From Podarcis filfolensis (lineage: Eukaryota): a DNA stretch of 64,000 bases. Below the pieces are notes generated by a model. It saw nothing but the letters and a program-made list of their open reading frames with translations. It was not told the origin of the DNA and ran no database searches. The position numbers and the translations under genes were made by a program. Below, one piece after another: positions 48,691-60,187 of the stretch. How positions within the stretch are numbered: position 1 is the first letter of the stretch; each line of letters begins with the position of its first letter. The stretch is taken from the NCBI GenBank assembly GCA_964270895.1, contig OZ185441.1. One strand, given 5' to 3'.

Positions 48691-49505
48691 ACTTCCCAAA
48701 GAAAACTAAGTTCCTTCTCTCTTTTTAAATATTTCCTTTTTTCCTTTTCTTCACAGAAGGAATGCCACAGCGTGCAGCTGATGCACAGGAAGGGGGTCTA
48801 CAATGCAGGGACAATTGACCTATGCGACGTTCAAGTCCAAGTTGTTGAGATCCCCTACAAGAACAATGAACTGACCTTCGTTCTGCTGCTGCCAGTAGAC
48901 TGCAGTGCAGAAGCTCTTGAACAGGTAAATGGTCTTTCCATTCCTATGATACTGTCCATGGCCTTATTCACCTTATCCATCTCTGGCCCTCAATTTCAAT
49001 AATACTGGTGTGGAAAAAGTCTGCTGATATATTTTTCTTATTGTATTCACCCTTGTTTTGATTCAATCTGGGATTGGAATGATATCACTATAACTTCTAT
49101 GTGTTCCTCTAGCTGGAAGATGGACTTAGCCACGAGCATCTGCTTGACCTGTCCTGTCATCTGAAGGCCATTGAGGTGGATTTGGCCATTCCCAAGTTCA
49201 GCTCAGAGAAGAGCATTGAAGCCAACGAATACCTGAATCTGCCGGATCTGACTGACCACGAAAAGTCCGATTTCTCTGGAGCAACCACAACAGAAGGCGT
49301 GGCTCTGACTCAGCTGGTCCATGATGCTGCTATCGAGATTGATGAGGAGGGTGGTGAAGAACCAGAGCCAGTCCCTTGCCCCAAAGATAGGCGTCCACGT
49401 CGGGAACCTGTGGAGATTCGGGCTGACCGTCCTTTCCTCTATTTCGTCCAGCACAATTGCACCCAGAGCATCATTGCTCTCGGTAGATTTGCTAAGCCAG
49501 AATAA
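44912..49505 (+). CDS. Serpin gene C: clade B serpin with Pro/Arg/Cys repeat CD loop, predicted non-inhibitory, about 505 aa
   Basis: Coding exons 44912-45079, 45855-45935, 46308-46598, 47035-47181, 47564-47681, 48101-48252, 48757-48924, 49113-49505; all GT-AG, continuous frame, serpin core motifs as in gene A. Confidence 0.92.
45855..45935 (+). CDS. Gene C exon 3a
   Basis: caag|GTC...AGG|gtatgt; VLHWDEVKECDKPRSRSLGHSTTRLRR; 81 bp. Confidence 0.88.
46308..46598 (+). CDS. Gene C exon 3b (repeat-containing CD-loop exon)
   Basis: ttcattgcag|GCA...CGC|gtaagt; 291 bp, 97 aa, AQEKVETCPRPRPRPEPTKPE...PEPRCPRR. Confidence 0.88.
46326..46517 (+). repeat. Coding tandem repeat, 4 x 48 bp (T[C/R]P[R/K]PRPRPEP.[K/R/Q]P..)
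   Basis: Four in-frame 16-codon units are directly visible. Confidence 0.93.
47035..47181 (+). CDS. Gene C exon 4
   Basis: DVPCYECEEPEGIHTAFSKILATLNEPSSNYTLSFANKLYGNNDIAFIQ; 147 bp. Confidence 0.93.
47564..47681 (+). CDS. Gene C exon 5
   Basis: KFLYCALKLYLTEVENADLHNAPEEVRRLINLWVEVQTHG; 118 bp. Confidence 0.93.
48101..48252 (+). CDS. Gene C exon 6
   Basis: KIKDLLPKDSFDCLVQLLLVNALYFKGQWEVKFDKELTEEAPFYPHHADE; 152 bp (3 codons longer than gene A). Confidence 0.93.
48757..48924 (+). CDS. Gene C exon 7
   Basis: KECHSVQLMHRKGVYNAGTIDLCDVQVQVVEIPYKNNELTFVLLLPVDCSAEALEQ; 168 bp. Confidence 0.93.
49113..49505 (+). CDS. Gene C exon 8 (RCL and C-terminus)
   Basis: LEDGLSHEHLLDL...IDEEGGEEPEPVPCPKDRRPRREPVEIRADRPFLYF...LGRFAKPE*; 393 bp. 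Confidence 0.93.
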   Translation: MEDGLSHEHLLDLSCHLKAIEVDLAIPKFSSEKSIEANEYLNLPDLTDHEKSDFSGATTTEGVALTQLVHDAAIEIDEEGGEEPEPVPCPKDRRPRREPVEIRADRPFLYFVQHNCTQSIIALGRFAKPE

Positions 49506-50760
49506 AGGAAGAGTTTTGATGCATGGAACAAGATCAATGGAAAACGGATATGGAAGATGTTTTATAGAAAAAAACCTAGTATTTTCCCCTCTCTGCCTCA
49601 TATTTTGTAATGTCAATCATTGCAGATATTTGGTCCAAGAGAACTTTCATTTGGTGGTGGGCCTAATTTTCATGGTATGATAATGATGCTGTTGTCCTAC
49701 CTGTCTGCAATTCTTTCTCCGCCTATTTTACAACTTTTTGAGGAAAATCTTGCCTCCTGAGTGCTGAATATTGTCCTAGTTCTTAAACAGAAATCTAGGT
49801 AATCAGAACAGCTGATAAAACAGAAAAGTCTATATTCTGAATGGAAGAGAGCTTCTTTCCCTTAAGGTCTTGCATGAAGCGCAATATTCAGGGCATGCAG
49901 TTTTCCGTGCTACTATAGCACTGTGATGGAAGAAGCTGCCCTTCTTTGGGCTACAGTTGACAGCAGAATGGAGCCTGGAGGCAGGAATATGTCACTACTC
50001 TGGAATCTGCTTCCTGATGAATGTTTTCCTGTTGATTCCTGTTGCAATCCTGTCTGAATAACTGAAACATATTTGTATGCCTTCTGCTGAATTACTTTCC
50101 CTGAAGTCAGTATGAGGATTCCAGCCTACACCTACTTACCTTTGAGTAAGCTCTGCTGAATTCAGTGGGACTTACTTTTGAGTAGACACATATAGCATTG
50201 CAGTACAAAAACAGTAAACTGTAGTCTGGCTCCTCAAACTGATTCCCCCCCCCCTATGATGTCTGTGAGACTATACTCTTTCTTTGAAACCTATGAAACC
50301 CTGTTGCATCTTTTTTTCTGAACTGCACAATATCTCAATAAACAAAGCATTTAATAACATTGTTGTTTTGTCGTTTTCACTTATGTGAGGTGTATTGTAG
50401 AGTATGGGTTCTCAAGAGCTGTGATTAAAAGTCTTCCCAAGGTACTCAGACAACAGTTTTTTTAAGCCTCACCTAGTGTTCTAAAGCCAAACTATAAGAT
50501 AGGAATCCCCCATCCACATCCAAAAACTGAGACACAGGAATACAGCTAGAAATACACACAAACATAGCCACGCAAACAACCCTCAGTTCTGCTCCCCCCC
50601 TCAACTTAAACACGGCTAGACAAGACCCCACAGCCCCATGTAAACACAGTCAGTCAAGCCCCCCTGAAAATAATCTCTACCCAAACACAGGGAAGCAACA
50701 TTTCCAAAATAAACCTATACGAAAACAGTCACGCAATACCCACCACACCCATCCAAACAT

Positions 50761-50990
50761 AGTGTGGTGTAGTGGTTAAGAGCAGTGGACTTGTAATCTG
50801 GTGAACCGGGTTCGATTCCCTGCTCCTCCACATGCAGCTGCTGGGTGACCTTGGGCTAGTCACACTTCTCTGAAGTCTCTCAGCCCCACTCACCTCACAG
50901 AGTGTTTGTTGTGGGGGAGGAAGGGAAAGGAGATTGTTAGCTGCTTTGAGACTCCTTAGGGTAGTGATAAAGTGGGATATCAAATCCAAA
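50761..50990 (+). mobile_element. Squam3-like SINE
   Basis: Same consensus; tail missing. Confidence 0.8.
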
Positions 50991-51440
50991 CAGGGAACTG
51001 CCCCACCCAAAAGGACTACCCGAACCCAGCCAGGATACTCTTCTGAAAAAAACACACACAAGGACACAAATACCCCACAAACTGCATACCAACACAGCCA
51101 GGAACAACCTTCCCTCCAGCTGAGAAAACCCCACAAAAACATAGCCCAGGAACACTCCCAACCACTTACGCAATCACAGCCAGACAACACCCCCCCTTTC
51201 CCAAACCCCCAAACACCAACCAAGAACTATCACCTTCATTCCGATGCTCCCTCTATACACAGCCAAGCACTCCCTCTTCCCAACCACTCCAAAAATCCTA
51301 CACAAATGCAGCCTTGCAGCATTTTGCTCCCCTCCAAGATACCCCACACAAGACAGCTGGGCAGCATGAAGCCCTGTCCCCACTCAAAACACTCAGTCAG
51401 ACTATCACTTGAAATCCCATACAAAACATGGGAAGGGGTG

Positions 51441-51925
51441 TGTGGCAATCACACAGGGTCCCCGGACGTTTGGTGGTCTATTGATCCCTGTGCCACCACT
51501 GTGATTGCTTCCCCGCTGCCACCAACCCGTTTCTCCCAGGTACACATGGAGTCCAGACAGTTGTTAACATTAAACCAAATAAACAAGTTTATTTTATAAG
51601 CATTAACAAGTTTATTGTTTCAGATAATTTTTCTTGTAAGTTTCTTAATCTTAGTTTCTTTTACCGGCCTAAAACTTCCTAATAACTTCTAACTGATTAT
51701 CCCAACTGTCTATCTGACTCCTCTTAACAGATTCTCTCACTCTCTCACATCAAACTATCCCAACCCACAGACTTATCTTCCCTTTCTCTTTTCTAACACC
51801 TGACTGACTGCTTAAAAACACTAACTCTAACTCCTCCCCTTGGGTTCCCACTGGCCAATCACTTCACTCTCATTTAACCCTTTCTTTATGACCCAGCATG
51901 TTTGCCTAGGAGGGCAAATGCCACA
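51441..51925 (-). mobile_element. Solo LTR, same family as 16400-16870
   Basis: TGTGG...GCCACA; flanks GGGTG/GGGGG. Confidence 0.78.
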
Positions 51926-52621
51926 GGGGGGGAATTCACATAGTGAATTAAATAAAAAGTTGAGAGATGAACATACTTTCCTTTGCAATGCTGAGGTAAT
52001 CTCTAAGAAAGCAGAAAGCTTTTTGTTCTTAGTAGGGATGAGTTGTCCTGCCTGTTTTGGTTCTGCCAGTTTCTCATATTTCCAGTCTTAAACTCCACTT
52101 TGTTTCTGCAGCAATTTTCAATTTCTTTTTTTTTTTTAAGTGAAAATTTGCCAGCATTTTAGTGTGAATTTGTCCTACATTTTGTTTGTTATTTTGCTAC
52201 TATACACATTTTTTGCAAACATAATTTCCCTAATAAAATTCATTTTTGTATGTTGTTTCCACTAATATACGCATTTTTGTACACACTAGTTGCCTGGTTA
52301 ACTGCATTGCAAAATTCAGAGAAATGCAAATTTCAAAGAGTACCTGTGTTTTGGTTCAAATATTGTTTCAGAAAGTGCAAAGTTGGTAGGTTTATGTTTA
52401 AATGAGAAGTTTATCAAATTTCTCCTCCATTCCAACAGCTTAGCAAAATACAATAGGAACATTCCAAGTCAATTCAGAATCTGGGCAACGTGTATCAATC
52501 TAGTAAGGAATTTTCAGTCATGGCCGGGCGTGCAGCACTTTGATGTGGCAGAGGTTGGATCGGAGATCCAAATGCCAAGCTACATATTTGACTCAACATA
52601 GCACACAAAGTATCCATTTCC

Positions 52622-53264
52622 TAGAAGAAGGAACATTTTGTCATATGTGGTGGGAATGTAAAAAGGTGAAAAGCTTCTGGGAGATGATATATAATGAGAT
52701 GGAAAAAATGTTGAAATATACATTTATAAAGAAACCAGAAGCATTCTTACTGGGCACTGTAGGAAGTGATATAAATAGAAAGGACTGTAAGTTGTTTTTA
52801 TATGCAACAACGGCAGCAAGATTGTTATTGGCCCAAAAATGGAAGCAAGAAGAACTACCGACGAAAGAAGAATGGAGGATGAAATTAATGGACTATGCAG
52901 AATTGGATAAACTAACAGGAAGGATTCGAAACCGTCGGAACCAGAAATTCACAGAAGACTGGAGTAAATTTACAGACTATTTGAAAAGTATTTGTGATGA
53001 TCAGAGTATGCTTGTAGGTCTGCAAGTAGTTTTGTGAGGAGTATTATTGGAATTATTGCAAAAATGGATAAGGGGAAGGATGGTTAGTTAAAACAATTAA
53101 AGGCAATATGAATTTAAGAAATGCATAAAAGGTGGTCAAAATGGTGGATCATAAGAGGTGCTGATGGAAGTCCAAAAAAAAAAAAAAAAGATTATATAAG
53201 TGATGAAGTTCTGTGGTATGTATTGTAATTTATATGCTAAAATTAATAAAAATTATTATATTAA
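52622..53264 (+). mobile_element. L1/Tx1-like LINE 3' fragment
   Basis: EEGTFCHMWWECKKVKSFW...TTAARLLLAQKWK; AATAAA 53245-53250; 15-bp TSD AAAGTATCCATTTCC (52607-52621 and 53265-53279). Confidence 0.9.
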
Positions 53265-54069
53265 AAAGTATCCATTTCCCAGAGGTAAAAGTTTGTACAG
53301 AAACCCATCAACACCGCCCTCCTCCATAGCAAACATTGCCAGACACCTGCCCCCAAATACATAAACAAACACAACCAGGCAACACTCCCAAACCCCTCAC
53401 ACAAAAGCTGTCATGTAACACCTCCCCTCTGCACAGAAATACCCCACACAACACAACTTGCTAAAAATTGCTCTGATCCACCCACAAATATAGCCAGCAA
53501 CACACACCCACAACACAAACTGATGCATGTAACACACACATTCAGACTCCCCAAATAACACACCCATGCAAATATGCATGCAATGAGAGACTCAGGCAGA
53601 CTGAGGGGATGAAGCCAATAGTGGGGCCAACAGTCAAGAGGGCAGTTTCTGCATGTGCTGTAGAGGGAAGCGAGGGGCAGATGAGGCTCTTCAACCTGGG
53701 AAGGTAGTCAATCTAAGAGAAGAAGGAAAACTCTGGTTGTTTTGGAGGACATCTCTGGAAGGAGGAAAGGCTAAGGGGTAAACCCTACACAAATCTGGAG
53801 TGGAGTCCCTAAGGTGGTTGGATGGCACCTTGTAGGAACTGCTCCTGGGAACTGCTGCAGCCAAGCTGGTGCCAAATGCATTGCTCTGCTTTCCTTTGGC
53901 CCACATCAGCGAGGCCAAAAGGGGAGCCAAGACCTCCATACACATTGCCCAGGCTTGTGCCCCAGGGAGGTCACTTTGGTGCTGCTACCTCAGCGGTCTA
54001 ACTTCACTCCCAGAGGCACACTCGATTGTCTCTCGAGACAGATGGATGCCAACAACGACAAACTGGTGA

Positions 54070-55050
54070 GCAATCTGGCCATTGCATTTTGCACCAGCTG
54101 AAGTTTCCAAACCATCTTCAGAGGTGGTCCCACGTACTGTGCAACACATTACAGTAATCCAGCTTGGATGTTACCAGACCGTAGGCCACAGAAGTTAGGC
54201 TATCCCCGTACTGATAGAGGCATAGCTGGACCACCAGATGAAGCTGACAGAAGGCCACCTGAGCCTCCAGTGACAGCAGTGGCTAGGAGAGCACCCCCAA
54301 GCTGTGTACTCGCTCCTTCAGAGGGAGTGTAACCCCTCAAGAGCAGGCAGTCTTCCACCCATCTGGTCTAGGGAACCAACCACTAACAGTGCCTATGTCT
54401 TATCTGAATTTAGCTTCAGTTTATTGGCTCTCATCCAGTCCATTACAAAAGCATGACACCCACTCATCCACTGCCACACCTGTAGATGTAAAAGAGAAAT
54501 AGAGCCATATGTCATCAGCATACTGCTGACTACACACTCTGAAACTGAATGGCTCCATTCAGCAGCTTCATGTAGATATTAAACAACACAGGGGATAAAA
54601 TTGAGCCCTGAGAGACCCCACATGGAAGGTCCCATGGTGCCGAGAAACACTCCCCAAGCATCACCTGCTGAAGACAACTATCCAAGTAGGACCAGAACCA
54701 CTGCAAAGCACTCGCAACTCAGATAGCCTCTCCAGGGGGATACATTGGTTGATGGTATTGAAAGCTGCTGAGAGGTCAAGGAGGATTTACAGGGACACAT
54801 TGCCCCTGTCTGTCTCCCAACAGAGCTCAGCATATATGGTGACCAGGGCAGTTTCTGTGCCAAAGCCAGGCCAAAACCCTGATTGAAATGGATCTAGAAA
54901 ATCCAAGAGCACCTGGATCTGGTCAGTGACCACCTGCTGAAGAACCTTGCCCAGAGGAGGGAGGTTGGCAGCTGACTGGCAATTAGGTTCTTAGACTCTG
55001 GGGATAGTTTCTTAAGAAGTGGTCTTGTTTTCTTCAAACAAGCAGGAACC
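54070..55050 (-). mobile_element. Degenerate L2 LINE RT region
   Basis: Minus strand LDPFQSGFRPGFGTETALV...LLDLSAAF and downstream RT motifs, with stops and frameshifts. Confidence 0.8.
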
Positions 55051-56474
55051 ACCCCCTCTTGGCATTGACCACCTCCATGGCCTAGGCAGCTGTCTCCTCT
55101 TCCAAGAGGAGCAAGGGTCCAATCCAAGCACCTTGTCTGCACCCTCCAGCCTCATCTATTGAAATTCACCCAACAAAACAGGATTAGATTTTGCATTACC
55201 CTGCAGTTTGTCCATTTGAATACAGAGGTACAGGGTTCGTCAATGAGGGCGGAGGTGTATCTACACCTGCACCATGTCATTGTGGGTGGCTACATGCCAG
55301 TATCGCAATCGCCACTTCCTTCTTCCTTCACCTGGGGCATAAACAGGAAGGAAAAGGCATGAATAAGGGGAGGGTTTTCAAACCTGCAATAAGTTACCAC
55401 TCACTCTTGTGGAGGGTGGGATCTAGAATCATTCTAGACTGAAAGCAGCTGTTGAGGATGAGTATAAATGATTCTGGATTGAGAAAAATCTATGTTTTCC
55501 TACTACAAACTGGTCAGTGCGAATGCAGTCCATATCTGAGAATACCCCGTGTGTAGGGGCAATTTTGATCACAAAAAAAATGTAAACCACCCTGTAAACC
55601 ACCCATTTCCTAGTACTGCAGTTATCACTGTCACCGTCCACTGAGACTTTGATGTGCAATTATAACATTTTTCTAAGTAAAACGAATTTCCAGTCATAGC
55701 CATGCTTCCAATCGTTTGAAAGAGGAAGAGGCTGAGACATCTTGGTGGTGCCAAGATATTGAGGAGAGTGGGTGTCAGGACTTCTTCAGCCAGAACTTGC
55801 CCTCTCAGGTGGCAGCCATTGCCATTATAAGAGAACAAGGGGTTGTTCCAGCACCTCTTTTTCTGGCAAAATAGCACTGGTGGATGTAGTTGAGATTTGG
55901 TGTCATTGCTCAGTGGCTTCTATTGGGAAAGGTTCAAGCTACATGAGACACTCAAATTCCACGAACCATTTCCCTGAGATATTTTTAAAAGCCCGCTCAC
56001 CCCTCTTGGTGCGGTGGCGTTGCAGGATGACAGAGGCTTCACTGGGGGCCTCGGTGAGGGAACTTGAACTTCAGTGCCCCTTCCTGATAGGCGGTGGGGG
56101 CATAAGCCCCTGTCCCCTATCAGGAACTGGATCCTAGCCTGTGCCCTGCTTTGTCAAATGGGGATGCTGGCTGGGCCTTGGGCCGTGCCAGGGGGTGGAG
56201 CCGATGGAGCAGGTAGGCTTCCCTCAGATCTGCCCCTTGCCCCATTTAAGCGGCCTACACCTGGGGCACTACCTGTTCGTTAAAAGTGATCTGGTCTGCA
56301 AATTTATAGAGGGGAGGAGCTGTTCAATGGCGGTCCAAGATATTTTGCCGTCAGATTTTCCCCCTTCTAGGTCAACACTGTAAAAAGGCTTGCTGTGTTT
56401 TTGTAGACCAGTTCCTGCCTTCTGTTATCCCCTCCACCAGCGGCGGCTAGTGCTCAGTGGAACGGGTGGAGAAG

Positions 56475-56736
56475 TCACCAGGGACGGAGAACTTTAAAGT
56501 ATTAAGATCAGAAAGCGGAAAACATGAAAACAACGAGAAGAGGCAGGAACAAAGATTTGGAGATATGCTTCAGAGGTCCAGACTATGGGGAGCCCAGAAA
56601 AAATAATAATTACAATTTGGATTATAATTTGGTTGTTTTTTTATTTTAGTTTTTTTATTTTTAATTGGATTATGATTCGGATATCGGGATTGGCTGTTTT
56701 TATTCGAAAATCAATAAAAATGATTTTTTAAAAAGA
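56475..56736 (+). mobile_element. LINE 3' end (L1/Tx1-like 3' UTR)
   Basis: AATAAA 56713-56718 and A-rich end; 16-bp TSD GGAAC(G/T)GGTGGAGAAG (56459-56474 and 56737-56752). Confidence 0.65.
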
Positions 56737-58844
56737 GGAACTGGTGGAGAAGACAGGTAGGCAATTGGTTGATGGAGCCAGATCCAATGGTGAACAAAGC
56801 CAACTCATTTCTCATTCCCCCCCCTGTCCTCCTGGGTAAGTTGTACACAGGAAAGACTGGGAGTAAAGAGGAAGAGCCTGGCAGGGTGTGCCACACCTGC
56901 ACTGGTTGTATGAAAGACAGGTGAGGGCTGAGTGAAGGCAGACTGATTTTGTTGGAGCAGTGCCCCACTAGCCCTAGTAGGTGACCTCTCCACTGCCCTC
57001 CTTATGAGACCTACTTAAAAAGATTGCATTTAAGAAGTAACCCTGTTACAGCTGGCCAAGCTTACAGGCTAATAAAGACCTATATCAGCATCAATATAGA
57101 TGTCCCTACCTGCTCTCTCTATATCTCAAATACTACCATTCACTAATGAAGCTCCAGGATGATTTACATCAATAAAGAATGTAAAAACAGTGCAATAAAA
57201 TATAAGCTGGATATGATAAAAAGCAATTCAAAAACCGTAAGAATGGTAGAAGAGGGCAGGACTTGATTTCTATGCACACAGTGGTGTAGCATGGGGGGCA
57301 GAGTGCAAAATTCTGAGAGAGGGGCAACCAGGCAAACAGGCTCACCCATCAAAGCTCCATGGCTGAGCTCCTGCCACTCCCTGGAGCTGCACGGAGGCAA
57401 GCCGTGCCCAGGCCAGGCCTTTGGGGTTGGAGTCACGCATCCTTCTCCTCATGGCCAGTGAAGGGACGCCTGTGTGCTCCACCCTTGGGCTGGCTGAGCC
57501 GGGAGGCAGCAGAGCCGCCAAGCCTAGAAGCCACATGGTCATCGCCACCAACAGTGGCAGCAGCAGCAGCCATGTGAGCCATGTGCCTCACAGGTTCGGT
57601 GCACATCCCCCAGCACATGCCTCCACCCCAACTGCCCAGTCCAACACTTGCCCAGTCCAACCAGCAACCCATGCTACACCACTGCATCCACACCCAACTG
57701 CTAGAGATCTAGTAATCTTTAAATTCAGCAATTCTTAATTCTTAAATATAGGAACAGCATGAATTGAAAGCAGGCTGGGGCATCCAGTTCTTTGAAGCCT
57801 CCTTCAGAAATAATAGGGGAGGGAGCACACCTCCCGTTGGTGGTCCCCTGCTTGTGCTTTCGCTTGGTGGCAGTGGCAGAAACGAGTACATTTCCCACAC
57901 TGCCCAGCCTGCCATGGAAGGCTTAGAGGACATCTTACTTAACGAAGTGCTTGCCTAGCAACTTGTCTCTCTTAAACAAGAACTGAAGAGTAACGAGAAA
58001 TTTCTGACTCCCAGCTAGATATCAATAACTCCATTGCCACCTAGTGACTAAATCATATAATGACACTGTCCAAACAATTCGGAAAGTTAAGAAGACACTT
58101 GCTGACATAGACATGAGTTAACACTCGCTGTGCCCAAACTCCCTCCAACACTGGGCGAAGGTGTAGAATTAATCTGTTTTCAGTCAATTCCCATCTAAGT
58201 CAAGTGATTTCTTCCTTGATATAGATGTCCTTTTCCTTCCATAAAATGGGAAATGCTTCCAGCTGCACTGTCACTGACTAGTGATAAGTGATTGGTTATA
58301 TTGGAAACTTCAATTTCTGACATTGTAGTTTTGCTTTTTTACCTTATAACATCATCTGTTGTTTGCTTATTGGACCTGTTTATATGAATTTGTAGTATTT
58401 GTATCTTCTTGTTCTTCTCTTTACTTTCATTACTTTGTGCCCAGAATTGGGATTGAAAATATTAAATGAGGATCTTCAGAGCAGAAACATAAATGCTCCT
58501 CAGAGCTCATATGTATTAAATAGTTCATGGCACAATGAATTATCTGGGTGAATTCTAGCAGATCACAGAACAGCTTATTTATCCTAGTCCTGCCTGCTTT
58601 TCCTGACTGCTCTTTGGGACATTGGTCATATTTTAGATTATTTTTTTTGTTCTAAGCCATGTGAATAACATGCTACCCCAGGATGGATTGTAGTTTGTGA
58701 ACCCTAAAAGCACATAGCAAGTTATGGCTCTCCAGATGTTACAACATACAAAGAATCTAGATAGGTAGAACTAAAGTTACAACTGATGCAGCCTTCTGTT
58801 TTGAACAATGTTCAGTCTGGTGTTTCTTGAAAGGTGGCATATAT

Positions 58845-59100
58845 GCCAGTGTGGTGTAGTGGTTAAGAGCGATAGACTCGTAATCTGGGGAACCGGGTTC
58901 GCGTCTCTGCTCCTCCACATGCAGCTGCTGGGTGACCTTGGGCTAGTCACACTTCTTTGAAGTCTCTCAGCCCCACTCACCTCACAGAGTGTTTGTTGTG
59001 GGGGAGGAAGGGAAAGGAGAATGTTAGTCGCTTTGAGACTCCTTAAAGGGAGTGAAAGGCGGGATATCAAATCCAAACTCTTCTTCTTCTTCTCTTCTTC
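58845..59100 (+). mobile_element. Squam3-like SINE
   Basis: Same consensus, (CTT)n tail. Confidence 0.8.
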
Positions 59101-59709
59101 AAAAACAACAGCTTTCCTCTGCCACTCACGCTCAGCATCTTGAATTGTATTTGGAACTATAGTGCCTTTGGACTCGGACATTTCATTGAGCCATTTTGAC
59201 TGATAGAAACATTTTTCCCAATCTATTTTTTAAAACATCTAATCGAGTGATCCTCACCATTTCCTCCAGTGGTGAATTCATACCCACTGTCCTGCTGTGT
59301 CATTTTCAATTTCTTACACATTTTTTTCAAAGCCCATGTAGGGTGGTGTGGGGAATAAGAAAGGAGCCCTCTGCCTTTCCTGGCTCTAGGGACACACATT
59401 CTTTCAATGGAGTCTCTTGGGGGGGAAACTTGGTTTTAAGGGACAGTTTCAAGGGGATATTTGGAGTGCTTTGGGACACACTGACAATACACCAATGCTG
59501 ACAGGGTGTGTCACATTGTGCCTGCACTTTGCACTAGATGAAGTATACATAATTAAGCAAAGTCATATAGGGAGTATATGTGGCAACCCAAGATAATTAC
59601 CTCTGATCATTAGAAATGTCCAGTTTTTGCATCGTACTGGTTTCATTATGTAAATTTGAATTAATCTAATTTTTTGCAGATTCAGAAAATACAAAGTAGT
59701 TTAATGGTT

Positions 59710-59806
59710 GTGGGGGTGTGAGATGATCAGTATAAATACCAGCGTCTCACAGGAGGAGAGCATCACATTCACCTGCCAGACTCCTATCATCACAGCTGAA
59801 GCCAAG
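59710..59806 (+). promoter_or_regulatory. Core promoter and non-coding exon 1 of serpin gene D
   Basis: GTGGGGGTGT 59710-59719, TATAAA 59731-59736, donor after 59806; nearly identical to gene C. Confidence 0.8.
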
Positions 59807-60019
59807 GTAAGCAGCTCTTCTTTCAAGCATCCATGCAGCCTTGTGTTGGGTGATGTGCATCTTTACAGCAGTTCTTTTATCATGGATAGTTCTTCAAAAT
59901 TGTGGGTTTGGTGATAGAATGTATTGCAGTGCAGAAGTAGGAACAAGTATATCTGTATTCTGAAGGATCCTGAAATGATGAGCTGTTTTGGTCTTCCCTC
60001 AGAGCTTTTGAATTCCATC

Positions 60020-60187
60020 ATGACCACCCTGCCTGAAGCCAATGCTAAATTTGGAGTTGACTTTTTCAAAGTGTTGACCACTGAGCACCCATGCGACAAC
60101 CTTGTGTTCTCCCCTGTGAACCTCACCGCAGGCCTGGGTCTCCTCGCTTATGCATCTGGTTGTGAACAAGCAGATCAGATCGAGAAG
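60020..60187 (+). CDS. Gene D exon 2
   Basis: 168 bp, MTTLPEANAKFGVDFF...QIEK. Confidence 0.92.

Noticed and set aside
6096-49505. Assigning a specific symbol such as SERPINB3/B4/B10/B12 or ovalbumin
   Set aside because: Family membership is clear, but orthology cannot be determined without a phylogeny; the RCL matches none that I recognise
50934-51599. 221-aa ORF
   Set aside because: Stitched from a SINE tail, a low-complexity C/A tract and an LTR start; stop-poor by composition
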